Below are positions 36,196 to 48,535 of a DNA stretch of 64,000 bases, piece by piece (position 1 is the stretch's first letter; every line of letters begins with the position of its first letter). Source of the stretch: Phoronis australis (Eukaryota > Animalia > Phoronida); contig NMRA01000444.1 in NCBI GenBank assembly GCA_002633005.1, positions 161,456 to 225,455 on the forward strand, in the 5' to 3' direction. The notes below the pieces were generated by a model. That model was not told the DNA's origin. It searched no databases and was given only the letters and a program-made list of their open reading frames with translations. Both the position numbers and the translations under genes were made by a program.

Positions 36196-37053
36196 CAGGG
36201 CGTCCAAGTAAATGGCTCGAAAATGGATTCACATTTAATGTTTCTCTCAGGAGTTTACAGTCATTTTCTGGGTAGCAGGTCACACATTTTGGATTTACAA
36301 ATTAATTTTATTCTTGACTTGATGATTAAGAAAAAGTGAAAATCTGAAAACATAAAAAATCATGTGTATTTTTTTCTTTCTGGCCACCTTAACTGGTTCT
36401 GAAATGCGTTCTTTCTGTTGATTGGAGCCTTCTTAATATGTATTCGACTGCTCAATAACTGTGTCTAGCTCTTAAACCACATCTTTTCTACCTTTACCTT
36501 GCGTGAAGTGACCTTACAATCTTGTAAATTATCAAAGTATTGAAGGCCTCGTATTTGGAAGGTACCAAACTGGTGTTTGTTCAAAAGGTCACGGTTTTCT
36601 TAACATGTCAGTCTTTGGTGGCATAAATTTGGGTGTTGCAGACATCTGTAAATTGACTTGTATTGCACACGGTGATTCTGTGCGTGGATAATGAAGTTGG
36701 TGCAAAGCTATTTCAGATAACTCTTCCTTACTTCAGAAAAGTGGCTGATCACTAATGCAAGTGTATTCAACATTAGGAGAGTTTTTGTATTGTGAGGTAC
36801 ATTGTATAATTGTTTTCTACATTGGAATATTGTCAATATTTTTCCGAGAAGTAGTGCTCAACTTTTATGTCAGGCTTGGAGTCTTGCAGTAATTGTTTAA
36901 GCTTAAACATCTCTTCAGTTGTGTAAAATTTTGTGATGGTTCATAATCATGCTGCACATTCTAAATTTTTATTGTGAATTTTGATCATTTAACCAAGGGG
37001 AAGAATTGTTGTCTCTCACAAGTTACATGTCTTGTACAATGGTAAGTGAAGTT

Positions 37054-37290
37054 GGAGAATACAGTGTGGCCTAGTGTGATAGGTGGCCGCCTTCTTTTCT
37101 TGATGTCGTGGGTTCGAGTCCCACTGGGCTACACTCCTAGTCTCTTGAGTAGATGAAGCAACATATCCCACGAGACAATCCGTGTATCGACTTTCGGTCT
37201 TGGTCCATTATATGCAGAATTTTGTTAAGTGGGATCTTGCTGTACTATTTAGACCATAAAGATTGACCAGGGTAGCCCCGTCTCCCTCAG
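37054..37290 (+). mobile_element. tRNA-derived SINE
   Basis: A-box-like TGGCCTAGTG at ~37066 and B box GGTTCGAGTCC at ~37111; no full cloverleaf; 3' boundary approximate. Confidence 0.6.
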
Positions 37291-37938
37291 CTGTAATATC
37301 TAGAACTATGAAGTTACCATGATCTTGATCACTTTTGTGCTGATGAACAGACATGCTCAAAATTGTTACTCAACATTCAAAATAACCACGAATTTTAAAC
37401 GCTTCAGTCGGTAGTTTTCCAGGCTTTACTTTCATATCTGCAGGGAGATCTGTACAAAAAACAGTTTCCCTGGTAAAGCATACTTTGGGTTACAACTTTA
37501 CCTCAGAACAATATTTTGGTCAGAAATGCATGCAAACATAATGACCATGGCATTGGGATGTCATGCTTGATTCTACCTTGAACTCGGTCAACATTTTTTA
37601 ACAATAGACTGACCATAACCATCCTTCATGTTCATTTTGTCTATAACAGCTTGGACTATTAGTTCAGGACTTTCTACTTGATCCTGGTCACCTCCATGTA
37701 GTAGGTTATACTTTCTGTTCCAACCCTTTTCATCATTGCGAAGCCTAGTTTCTAGAAAGTTCTGACATTCGTTCTGACGTCGAGCCCATGACATTTTGCA
37801 GTCACCCTAATAAGTGGACCTGTTCAATAAGCGACATATACCTGATTTTAACTCTCCTTGAATAATCGCCTCCATTATTTTATTATTTTTAGCAGTCTTA
37901 GTTTCAAAACTGTGTCAATGACATTACACACACTTTAC

Positions 37939-38731
37939 CTGCAAGTTAGGAGGTAGGTCAAATTTCGAAGGACATGCTTCAGGGCGAAGCCTCACAAGTT
38001 GCCTGTTTTGTCGAGGCACTTTTCCTCAAAATGGCCACTGCACAGCAGAGACCATGATTCTGGTAGACCATCCGCCCTCCTGTATGTGACCCACTTCTTG
38101 AATCGTTCAGGAGATTTTTCTCTGTTTGGAAATCTGAATAAAACAATGCCAACTGAATTAAATGTGTTCAAGTGGCATATTTTGCTTCTCAGACGATCTA
38201 CGGCTACACTGCGTCCACCTTAGTCCTTACAATATACATTTTCAAAACAAACCCAGACCTGACCAATCCAGTTGTTAATGAGGCATCCTCATACAAAAAT
38301 AACCACCCATCATTGTTTAAATGATTAAGGTCTATAACTATTTGGCTAGAGCAAGGGGTCTCGGTGTAAGGTCAACTCAACTTCAATGCGTTAGTTGGCT
38401 CAAATTAAATTAATCAACCCTAGCTTGACACTTAATATTTTAATGAGCCAATGACACCAAGGCGCAGCTCTGAAATATTCTTGTAATCAATGAATAGCAA
38501 TGTACGTGTACACTTGCAGCTGAGAAAGCGAGAGGATTTCGAATTGACAAAATGATCACTGAGTTTTCTACGATTAAGAAGCGTTTTAACTAAAATAAGC
38601 ACTTACTTGTGGAATGTGATCCCTTGTGAACGACTTGCCTGCTTCTTATAATTGTAACAGTTGTAAGCATAACACTGCAAGACCGACGATTTCCAGACTG
38701 ATGCCGTATGGCTCCCAGTATTTTCCGCCAT
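37939..38731 (-). pseudogene. Spliced THAP-domain gene or P-element N-terminus with a 1-nt frameshift
   Basis: Exon 38607-38731 (M...CYAYNCYN...GITFH) spliced to 37939-38133 (KFPN...KW...LCSGHFEEKCLDKTG/QLVRLRPEACPSKF) gives the C2CH THAP signature; frameshift at ~38002. Confidence 0.8.
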
Positions 38732-38869
38732 TTTTGTCCTGTGTAGCACTCTCCAATATGGCGTCATATTGACAACGCGAGCTGCATGTATCTAAGTGCC
38801 GTGCGCCTAGTCTATGTATAAAGATTGTCTAATACAGTATTATTAAAGACGACTTCGATGCTCTTGCAA

Positions 38870-39430
38870 GGTCATTAACTTGGTATTAGCCGCTACTTGT
38901 ACATTTATGGCATGGAAGTGTTTCCTTCAGACAAATGTTTGCTCATCCTGTTGTGGTGTTAAAATCGCTATTAATGATCTGTCTATGCATCCTACAATGT
39001 GGTGAAAACCAGAGACTTGACAGAATTGCCGCTGGTAAAGATCGATGTTATCGGCCAAGTTGGGGAGTGACAGGTCGGGCGAATGGACTTACGTGATCAT
39101 TCTTGACATGTGTTAGACTTAGCCACCCCTTGGCTGTCGCTTATGACAGTTTGAAAACTGCCAGTGGTGTAGAACCACAACGTGATATTTGTTGCTCTAT
39201 TGTAAGTGGATATCTTCTGCAAAAAAGTGCATAAGGCGTTCTGTAGCGCTTAGCATATGAGTCGTAATAAAGTTGATGAACTCTGCCTTGGGTTTTTTAT
39301 TTCCTCGCTGACAAGGTGAGAGTTGACTTAAAGTTAAGAGAAACACTTAACTCAGTCTTAGCTAAGATTGTTTCTTGAAATGCAAAATAATCTTAAGATT
39401 TGTCATAATTCAGTTTCTCTGAATGGACCC
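38870..39430 (-). mobile_element. Degenerate Harbinger transposase fragment with one terminus
   Basis: Minus-strand pieces LWFYTTGSFQTVISDSQGVAKS and SGFHHIVGCIDRSLIAI...RKHFH..NVQV match HARBI1-type FYATGSFQ / GFP.V.GCIDGTHI / RKGFHSINVQ; GGGGTCC end near 39430. Confidence 0.75.
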
Positions 39431-39557
39431 CTTGTCTCTAAGTTGCTCTTTTTCTGTCACCTTGCGTAGAAGATAGTGACCTCTTGATATCTCTTCGTGC
39501 CTTCTCACTAACGTCTTTCCTTTCAGATGTTACACACTACTTAGTGATTAAAATGTC

Positions 39558-40318
39558 ATATTCTACAGCGTTCTTGACTCGTCATGTATGAGCCGTTGGG
39601 TAAGCGATAGAAATCTATTCCCAAGAACCAGTGTAGGGGTCCACGGTCGTCCATTCGGAAGCGTTCACTTAGTTGTTCCTTCATATGCTTAATGCATTCA
39701 GTGTTGCCACTTGCCAAAATTATGTCATCGACCCAAAACAAAACAAAACAAAACATGTTTGTGTCGTCGTTAACGTAGACGCACGGGTCGTTATCGCTCA
39801 CACGAAATCCCGCGTGCTTGAGGAAATCAGTGAGGGTCGTGTGCCAGTTGCGTCCGCTCTGACATAATCCGTAGAGTGATTTCTTCAAGTGACATGTGAG
39901 TTTGCTGTTCGTGCCAGATTGTTCGTATCGGGGCGGCTGTTCAACGTAGATCGTTCGTCGAGAACTTGTATTAGTTCTGCATATGCGGCCCGGTTCTTTG
40001 CGGCGAAATCCGAATCCCGTTCATTGTCGATAAGGGCGTTGTAATACCCTTTGTTTTTTGTGTACAAATAGTTTAGGAATCGTGTTTCCCACAGTTTGAA
40101 ATCTTCATCATTGCCAGTAAAGTATAGGCGATTTCTGGGCCCATAACCTGTTGATTTGTGATCCATAACTGATTTATTGAGAGCTATAAAATACACGTCT
40201 ACAAACTACACACTATGAAACGTGGAGGGAAGAGAAAAGACACTGCGCAGGCTCAGCAGTGATATATGAGTCTGTAATGATAAATAGTGTATGGTCATGG
40301 GAGCGATTCTAATCGACA
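39558..40318 (-). mobile_element. Internally deleted Ty1/Copia element (LTR, PBS, gag start, RT fragment)
   Basis: LTR end ...TCAACA followed by PBS GGTTATGGGCCCAG (40135-40148); gag F..WETRF; RT KKSLYGL.QSGRNW, DPCVY, WVDDII, FLGI; LTR start approximate. Confidence 0.85.
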
Positions 40319-40429
40319 GCTTGCTGTTCAAGTGTTTGTTCGTAATGTATGTGAGTACTTTGTCCCTTACTTGATTATTTGTCTCTGTATTAAATCTGTC
40401 ACTCCGTCAACCGTTCGCTTATACGAGCA

Positions 40430-42830
40430 GTCCTTCACTAAAATTTTCAACCGTGTGATGTATTGATCGATCGTCTCTCCAGTCTGGGGCTCACACAACA
40501 TGAACTTTTGTCGTGCCATTGGTATGTTCTTTTTACATTTGAAAAACAGTCGACGTTGTCACTTTTCGGCATCCAGGTCTCGGCTAGTGGCATTCTGTAC
40601 ATACTATCAGCATCAGCATGTGCCGTAGTTGGGTGGTATTCCAACTTATAATCATACGAAGCTACCCCGTATCAAAACCCAATGTTGAAGACGAGCAGCA
40701 GCTTGGACTGGAACTGGACGCGTTGCACCCAACAGTTGAAGAAGTGGTTTGTGATCAGTAGTGATAGTGAAGGAACGACCACACAGAAACTGATGGAACC
40801 GCTTTAATCAAAAACAATGCTGAACACTTCCTTGTCGAGTTGAGAACAGTTTTTCTGTGGTTTGGTCAGAGAACAAGACGCATTAAAGGCTATGGAGCTA
40901 GCTGTCTTTGCCATTCATTCGGTGCGAGAGTACAGCACCAGCGCCATAAGAAGACGCATCGCGCGACAAGTATAACCGCAAAGTATCATCATAGTGTACA
41001 AGAGTACGAGAGTTCAGTAAAAGTTTTTTTGCCGAAATAAAAGCTTCTTGTTCAACTTTGTCCCATCTCCATGTCATTCCCTTTCGAAGCAACTTATTCA
41101 AGGGTGCCAGAACAGTGGAGTGGAATGGCAAGAAACGAGATTAGAACATAATGAGTCCTAGGAAAGACTTCAACTGAGTAACATTTCTCGGTGTAGGGGC
41201 ATTTTAAATGGCCTTCAGCATCCAATTCAGTGAGCTAGGTATGTTTCTGACTTTTTCTTGAACTTACACTTGTCTTTGTTTAATTTGAAACCAGCTGACT
41301 GAAGTCTCTCGAACACAAGAGATAGTGTAGCGAGGTGATCTTTCTGATCAAGTTCGGCAACCAAAATGTCATCCAGGTAACATATCACCTTGGGTATTCC
41401 GGCGAGCACAGGGTCCATAATTTCCTAGAACACTCTGGGTCCCGAATGTATACCATTTGGAACTCGTTTGTAAGCCAGTCCAACATGGGTGTTAGTTGTA
41501 AGCCAGTGTTGCGACTCTTTGAGGCAGGTATTTGATGATATGCCTGCAACATGTCAAGTATACTGAAAGTTGTACAACCTCTCAGTGCAGTATGTAGGTC
41601 TTCTACTTTAGGAATTGGATAGGAGACCATGGGAGCACAAACATTGTATGTGACACTGAAATCGCCACAAATCCGTAAGTCATGTGAGTCACGTTTACCC
41701 ACAGGAACAATTGGAGCAGCACATAGGGCGTGATGAACTCTCCCTATTATGCCTTGACTTTACATTGTAGCAATGTTTTTCTCAACTTTAGGCAGAAGTG
41801 CGTATGGTACTGGGCGAGCCTTGTGAAATCGAGGTTTTTCAGTTACCGTAAGTTCGACAGGGGGACCATTGTAAAGTCCTAGCTGACCATCAAAAAGCAC
41901 CTGTTATTTGTCCAACAGGTTGTTTACACTGGTGACCTCTGCTGGATAAAGATGTTTACAACTCTGGGAAGTCATTGGTCGAATGTGATGAAGCCCGGGG
42001 AGGGTTTTCCAATCAAGTTAGACGTGCTCCAACCAGTTACAACCAAAAAGGGCACAAGCACCATCATTCACTACTATCAGTGGTAGGGAGTATGTAGAAT
42101 CATTATACTCCAAGTCAATCAGACATTTCCGGATGGGTAGCTTTCTCTATCCAGTGAAGTTGACAACACTTTATCAGTAGAAACCAATGGACAGTGTTTA
42201 CAGTATTTATCGTAGAATGCTTTGGGGGCAATGGAGAGTGCACAACCAGTGTCTAACTGCATTTCAACCTCAGTGCCATGTATTTTAACAAGCAATGAAA
42301 TCTGAGTTGACAGCAAATTCATCTTGTGTATCGTATACATTTCATCATGAGAAGCCTCCTCAGAATCGTCCTCCTCAGAAAATAAGTTAACATGGCCGGG
42401 AACGGCAGGCATGAGAAATGTGACCTTGACTGTTACATTTAGTACACACAGCATCACGGAAACGACACTGTGCTTGATGGTCAGTCTTGCCACATCTATA
42501 GGACTTGGCTGAAGTCGCTTTCTTGCTGCCAGAATGGGTCTTAGAAGGAACGCTTACCTTGGACTTGGCAGAAATAGAGCCACTGAAGTGAGGCTTGGGT
42601 TTGGACTTACCCTTGATCATGTTCACAGATTGGGTATTGTTCATAGCAGAAGCCAGAAAGTTCTTACTTTTTCTTGTAGCAGCTTCGTCAGCAGATGCAA
42701 CCTGGTGACATTCATCAAAATTACGGTCTGCCTCAAGCAGTTTCCTGTGTGTCTTTATTACGAATACCACTAATGAGCTGGTCGCAAAGTTATGCTGTTT
42801 AGGCTTATTTACCAAAATACTTGCCAATAA
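40430..42830 (-). mobile_element. Degenerate Ty3/Gypsy gag-pol (gag knuckle, protease, RT, RNase H)
   Basis: YRCGKTDH...C..C...GH, QLDTGC, LRICGDF, YLDDILV, DASSYG, TDHKPL; many stops and frameshifts. Confidence 0.85.
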
Positions 42831-42940
42831 AATGAGACACGCCAGCCATTTTATTATTTATTGAAGAACGACCTTGACCTAACAAAGGTAGCAACATGCA
42901 ATGCTATCTATTGAGTAAGAGTTAAATCACAGCAATACAT

Positions 42941-43237
42941 TTACTGCACCACAGAACTGATCAGCCTGTTGGTCGTCCTCCTCTTCGTAAACTTCATTGA
43001 CTTTGTTCTTACGGCATACGGAAGCGAAGTAACCCTGTTTCGAACAGAACCGACATATTTTCCCTCTGGCAGGGCAGGCTTCAAGCCCAGGGGATCTATG
43101 GACGTAACCACAATTAGGGCATTTCTTCTTCCCCGACTGGTCTCCACTAGATTGCTTGGAGTTGCATTGGCTCTGACGCTGGTGTGATGATTTCTTGGGT
43201 GTTGCAATAAGTGGTTTTGTGTATGCAAAATCAGCAT
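42941..43237 (-). mobile_element. Isolated Gypsy gag zinc-knuckle fragment
   Basis: Alternative minus frame reads CPNCGYVH...CPARGKICRFCSKQGYFASVCR. Confidence 0.6.
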
Positions 43238-43239
43238 TT

Positions 43240-45445
43240 AGAGTAGAGCTTTTAAGTTCTAAACTTGACCTTTATTGAGGATTTAACAGACAGACAAAGT
43301 ATGTAGGCAAGCGCCATCTATTGGAAACTAAATAAACTAACTATGCTTAAGCTATCACTCAACATCCTCCCTGCTTTAAGAAAGTTAAGAAAATACTAAA
43401 TGTGGAAAGATAGTCCTAAAACACTAAAGTCCGTGTAGTCAGAATCACTTAGTGCACATAGTCACTGAGGTATGATGGAGTTCTCAGTACTTTGCCTTGG
43501 TTCCATATGGGGGGTACGATCACCAGCAGGAGATGGTGGGCTTTTACCAGTCACGGCAGGGTCGGTCTCAGGTTTAGTCGGGGCCATCGTGTCAGCAGAA
43601 GGGTTAGCCGTGATCCGTTTAGCAGGGATAGTTCTGATGGCGGAATGGCGACATCTGGTTTTCTCATTTGGTGAAAGTTAACACTCGTCGGTCTTATTTA
43701 CACACTGTTTCGAGGATGTGAACCATTGTTCAGTCCTTGTACAACGTAGGTGCGGTTACCAAGCTTCTCCACAATTCTTCCTAGGGTCCATTGATGTCCT
43801 TCACGCAGCTCGAAGTAGACAGTCTGACCTTTTGGTGGTTCAGGAAGATTTCTTGATTTCCTGTCATACCATGTTTTTACAGGTTGCTTGTGCTTCGGTC
43901 TTTTGTCAGAGGCAATTTCGTCCTGTGGTGGTTGTTTCCGCACGAAACGAGGCAGAAGAGTGCAGGTTATTCTCGTAAACATCATTTGTGCAGGACTCGG
44001 ACCAGTATCCTCACGTGGGGTGTTTCTTTGTTCCAGCAGGGCAATGTTGAGGTCTGTTCCATCTTTCAGTGCCTTTAGCATTAAATATTTAACGACCTTC
44101 ACAGCTGCTTCAGCTTTTCCTTTAGCGGAGTGGTGTCCTGGTGATGACGTCACATGTGTTATCCCCCACGTAGTAGTAAAGTTGGCAAATTCACGAGAAG
44201 TGAACTGTGCTCCACAGTCAGTTACAAGCATTGTTGGGATACCATATCGCGAGAAATATTTCTTTAAACATCCAATCACTTTCGTGGTAGTAGTAGTCTC
44301 AAGTCGATCAACCTCTATGAAGTTGGAATAGTGGTCGATAACAACAATGTATTGTAGTCCATTAATTTCAAAGAGGTCACTCGATACCTTTTCGTATGGT
44401 GTCTTTCTATCACTCTGCAGTCGTAATGATTCAGGTTGGTTGCGAGGTCGAAGTTCTTGGTACGGAGCACAGGATTCGACATGCCTCTTTATGTCCTCCG
44501 CCATCCTGGGCCAGTATACCAATGACCTAGCACGACGTAACATGCTGTTGTAGCCTAGATGAGCAGAGTGTAGGCGAGCTTTTATGTCCTTACGCATCTG
44601 ACCGGGAATCACAATCGCTTCACCCTTTAGGATGATTCCAGCTTCACAAAGAGAATATAATGTCCCGCATACTGTGGTATGCTTTCAGCTCAGCAGGCAT
44701 GGAGTGTTTATTAGGCCACCCATTCAGAATATACGACCTTAAAGTGTACATCAGGGGATCGTCATCAGTTGCCTTCTTCACTTCCTGAAGACGCGCATCT
44801 GAGATGTCCGGGAAGTAGTAAATGTTCAAGGTTTCTTCATAGTCAACAGCATTTAGGAATGCACGGCTAAGTGTGTCAGCAATGTACAGCTCGGAACCTT
44901 TAACAAACTGAAATTCAACATCATAGCGTAGTACGGTATAGTCTCATCAGTAGACTTTGGAGACGCTTTGGAGCTTGACTCAGAGGTCTCTTCAATATGG
45001 CTGACAGAGGGCGATGATCGTTCTGTATGATGATTTTCCTTCCGTAGGTGTACTGATCAAAACGTTCTAAGCCGAATACAACAGAGAGAAGTTCCTTCTC
45101 GATCTGGGCCCGGTTTCTCTCAGGTTGGTTTAGTGAGTGAGACGCATATTCAACTGGATCCCCTTGTTAGAAGAGAACAGCACCCACACCATCTTTACTG
45201 CTATCAACTTGGACAATTGTTTCTTTATCTTTGTCGAAGTAAGCGAGAATAGGAGTCTGTGTCAGCTTAACTTTTACCACCTGCAAAGCAGCATCACAAG
45301 CAGGGGACCAGTTCCACGTAGAGTCATTTCTTGTTAGCACACGCAAAGGTTCTAGGTCAGTAGACAAACCAGGTAGAAATCGAGAGAGGTATTGCACCAT
45401 TACACATAGGCGCTTCACACCTTGGACATCAGTGGGCGGCAGCAT
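43240..45445 (-). mobile_element. Gypsy RNase H-integrase segment with PPT and 3' LTR start
   Basis: ORF 43698-44612 (H2C2-like + DDE integrase: SDLFE, VTDCGAQF, KAEAAVK); RNase H VDSSKDGVGAVL, QNDHRPL; PPT AAAGCAGGGAGGA (43365-43377) followed by TGTTG. Confidence 0.88.
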
Positions 45446-45478
45446 ATGATTTCTTTTTCTGACTTTTGCCCCCTTTTT

Positions 45479-46652
45479 TCACGAAACTGACAGATGCACC
45501 TTTACTCTGGAGCTGGACAAGTTCTTTGTATCAAGCAGTGCAATGGCCTTTGAAAGTGCCAGGTTTTCCTGTTCCATTTGAAGATCACACGACAACTTTT
45601 TGTCGGTCATCCCTGAGCTAAAGACGGTCTCGAATATCTCATCTTTTTCGCCGAAATTACAATGAGCTGCTAGTTCATGTAGACTTCTAACAAAACTTTC
45701 AACTGACTCACCCTGCTGTTGGCTACGTTGATAGAATTTCGTTCTCTCATGGATAGTGTTTTTTCGTGGAACAAAATAGTCCTCGAATTTCTGCAGAACC
45801 GTATTGAAATCGTCTTTAAGATCTGGTGGATTTGGCACTTTTTCTGTTGGAACGGGTGTTTCAAATTTGAATGACTTGAAGATGTGTTCGACTTGACGAC
45901 CCATCGTATACACAAGTGCACAGACTTGTACATCAGCTTTTTCATCCCTGATTTTCTCTAGAGTGTAGTAACACATAAACCTGATTCTCCAGTCTGGCCA
46001 TGATGATGGTTTCGAGAAATCAAATGCTTCCGGTGCTTGATATTTAGGCATTGTGGACGATATGGTAGTGCTACACACACACACAATGATTGACAGTACA
46101 CAGTAGTAGTAGATAGTGACAGTTCACGAACGAGCTAGTCTATAGATTTGACGATCAGTGACACGGACAGTATAATGACACAAATTCGACTTGACTGATG
46201 TGATGACTTGACTTTAAGACTTGACAAGGTAACAGGAGTCAATCCTACCTTTCCAGTTATCACTTTTGTGCCAACTGACATGCAGGGAATGCTCAATTGA
46301 CGATATGACAGCTTGTGTACTTAGACAAAGTGGTCACAAACAAGCGATGATTTCATCCACAAGTAATATTATACCTTTTCATTCGCCCATCCACCTTCAA
46401 ACTATTGTCCTAACTGTCTCTGAGGCTTTATCTTTCGTTTTCAGTGATTTTCACTTAGTATTTCGAAGCATCCCACTCCTGACACCATGTTTTAAGGCTA
46501 CCAAATGAATGATGATAAAACCTGTTGTTTTCATGAAACCGGAAGTGCAGTATTTATTTGCTGCGGGATTGACGTCAATACTAAATGGCGACTGCCATTG
46601 GCTAATAAAATCAAAAATACGAAAACTAAAATATATCAATAATAATATAACA
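45479..46652 (-). mobile_element. Gypsy 5' part: LTR, tRNA-Leu PBS, gag N-terminus
   Basis: LTR ~46488-46652 (TG...CA); PBS TGGTGTCAGGAGTGGGAT at 46470-46487; gag PEAFDFSKPSSWPDW..RF, YFVPRKNTIHERTKF..R.QQ.GESV. Confidence 0.85.
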
Positions 46653-46671
46653 TAGTCTTCTTCTGTACATG

Positions 46672-47160
46672 CGTGACCAGCTCATCAAAGCAGCGGGTGT
46701 ACGCATCACCAGATGCTATGTATCCTTATTGGGGGGCCACACGGTATCGGTATCGACCCCATTGTTATATTTTGGTTGTTTTCAGCTTTCAATCTATTTG
46801 AAATGTTTATTAAGCACTAAAGTTCACATGTCTTGAGTCCATAAAAGAGGAAATCATAACATATCTCCAGTAGAGGAGAGGTCTACTATGTCTACCATGT
46901 GGGGATAACTCCATAGACAGAAGTGTGGTAAAACAATACACTATATAACACCCATGGGGTGGTAAAGGTGGTGAAATGATGGTCTTCCTAACAAATAGGT
47001 ACACTGTGATAACCGTTCCAAGCGTCAAAGACTGCTTTTTTCTTCTTCGGCGGGACTGATCTGGCCTGGTGGTATGGGGACGGGCTGTGGTGTTTCTCTC
47101 GCATTTGGCATGCATGTTGAGTGGCTGGAGATCGACAATTCGGCGAGGAATGCTGTACCA
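46672..47160 (-). mobile_element. Interrupted Gypsy RT fragment
   Basis: SPYHQARSVP...VFDAWNGYHSVP...TTFTTPW (46950-47100), then WGRYRYRVAPQ*GYIASGDAYTRCFDELV (46675-46761). Confidence 0.75.
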
Positions 47161-48189
47161 ATATTGTCTAATTTTGTATCGCTTTAGTAAGCTGAATCAC
47201 GTTGACTGATTAGCTAGCTAGGCTACTGTATGTCATAACAATTGAAAAAATCATAATTTCTATTTTATTTCCATTGTACACAAGCATCAAAGAAGAAAAA
47301 ATTATGTCAGAAAACCAACATTATGTACAAACTGTGTAGAAGTATAATTTAGTACCTGGGTTTTTCTGCAGGAACATTAGCCGTATGCTTCTGTTGTCTG
47401 GACTGCCGAGGAATCTGTTTATTGGATCCAATGGTTCATGTCTTATTGGAACCATTCAACTCAGACATCATCGATGTTAATTTGTTTCCAATGCTTGCAC
47501 TTCATCAACTGCTGTGTCAATGAGCTTGTAAGCTGCAATGTCTGCGTCTTTTTGGCAGCTTGGTACTAATAGTCCCTTGAGGTTGTCAAGTCCATTCAAA
47601 AGAGTTACAAACGTAAAATTGACCCGTTCATCATGGACTGCTTCATACGTTGCGCTTTTGTCAAATACGATGTTTCCCAGCACCAATTTGCATCTCTTGC
47701 AATTTTCAAAATAAACGTACCAATGTCTGAACACTTGAAACCCAGAAAAGTTGTAACACCAAGTAAATGCCCATGTGGATGGGCATTTCAATGGGTGGGC
47801 TTTTCTGCGGAAATTCCCGGCAAAGAAGACGGTCAGTGCTGAGGTCAGAACCAGGGCTCCCTAGGATGCTTATTGAACTCCGTCCGAGTTCGCAAGACTT
47901 TGCTAAGAAAGTACAGCCTACCTGCAATTTCTGGTACTGTACACTGTTTGCGAATGCGTCACATGAGTGCCACCCCTTCCCTCGATTCATTCGTTGTATA
48001 TAGGCCTAACTTGCTAGCGTGTATCTTGAAACAGACTGGTGACCAGACCACAGCGCTCCCCATGACATCAGTTGTTCAGATAACGAGTTGATCGTTTTTT
48101 AAGATAAACACATTACATGTACACTGTAGTGGAGTGTAATAGCAGGACTATGTATGACAGATGAGGTAAAATGTTGCACATCGCCCATA

Positions 48190-48535
48190 CCAAAAAAGGC
48201 CTTCTTGCAAACACTTGCCGCAAGGTTGCCGCAAAGTTACAGCAAGTTTGCTGCAAAAGTTTCTGCAAACCAGCCACAAACACATGGAATCATCTCTGAA
48301 CAGAGAGTGGATGCAAATTTCCTGCAACCCAGCCACAAACATTGCTGCAAGCTTGCGGCATATTTGCCGCAAACATATGCAGTAAACTTTTACCATGCAA
48401 ATGAAGTTTGCTGCAATTTTGCTGCAAACATCTCTATGTCCTTATATGGAACAGTTCCTGCACCCCAGATGCACACATTGCTGCAAGCTTGTCGCAAACA
48501 TCTGCGAACCACTTGAAAAAAATGTTGCTGCAAGA
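48190..48535. repeat. Array of short direct/inverted GCAAAC/GCTGCAA repeats, DNA-transposon subterminal-like
   Basis: Dense TTGCCGCAA, GCTGCAAA and GCAAACA motifs in both orientations. Confidence 0.5.

Noticed and set aside
37054-37135. tRNA gene
   Set aside because: A/B boxes are present but there is no acceptor stem or complete cloverleaf; called a SINE head.
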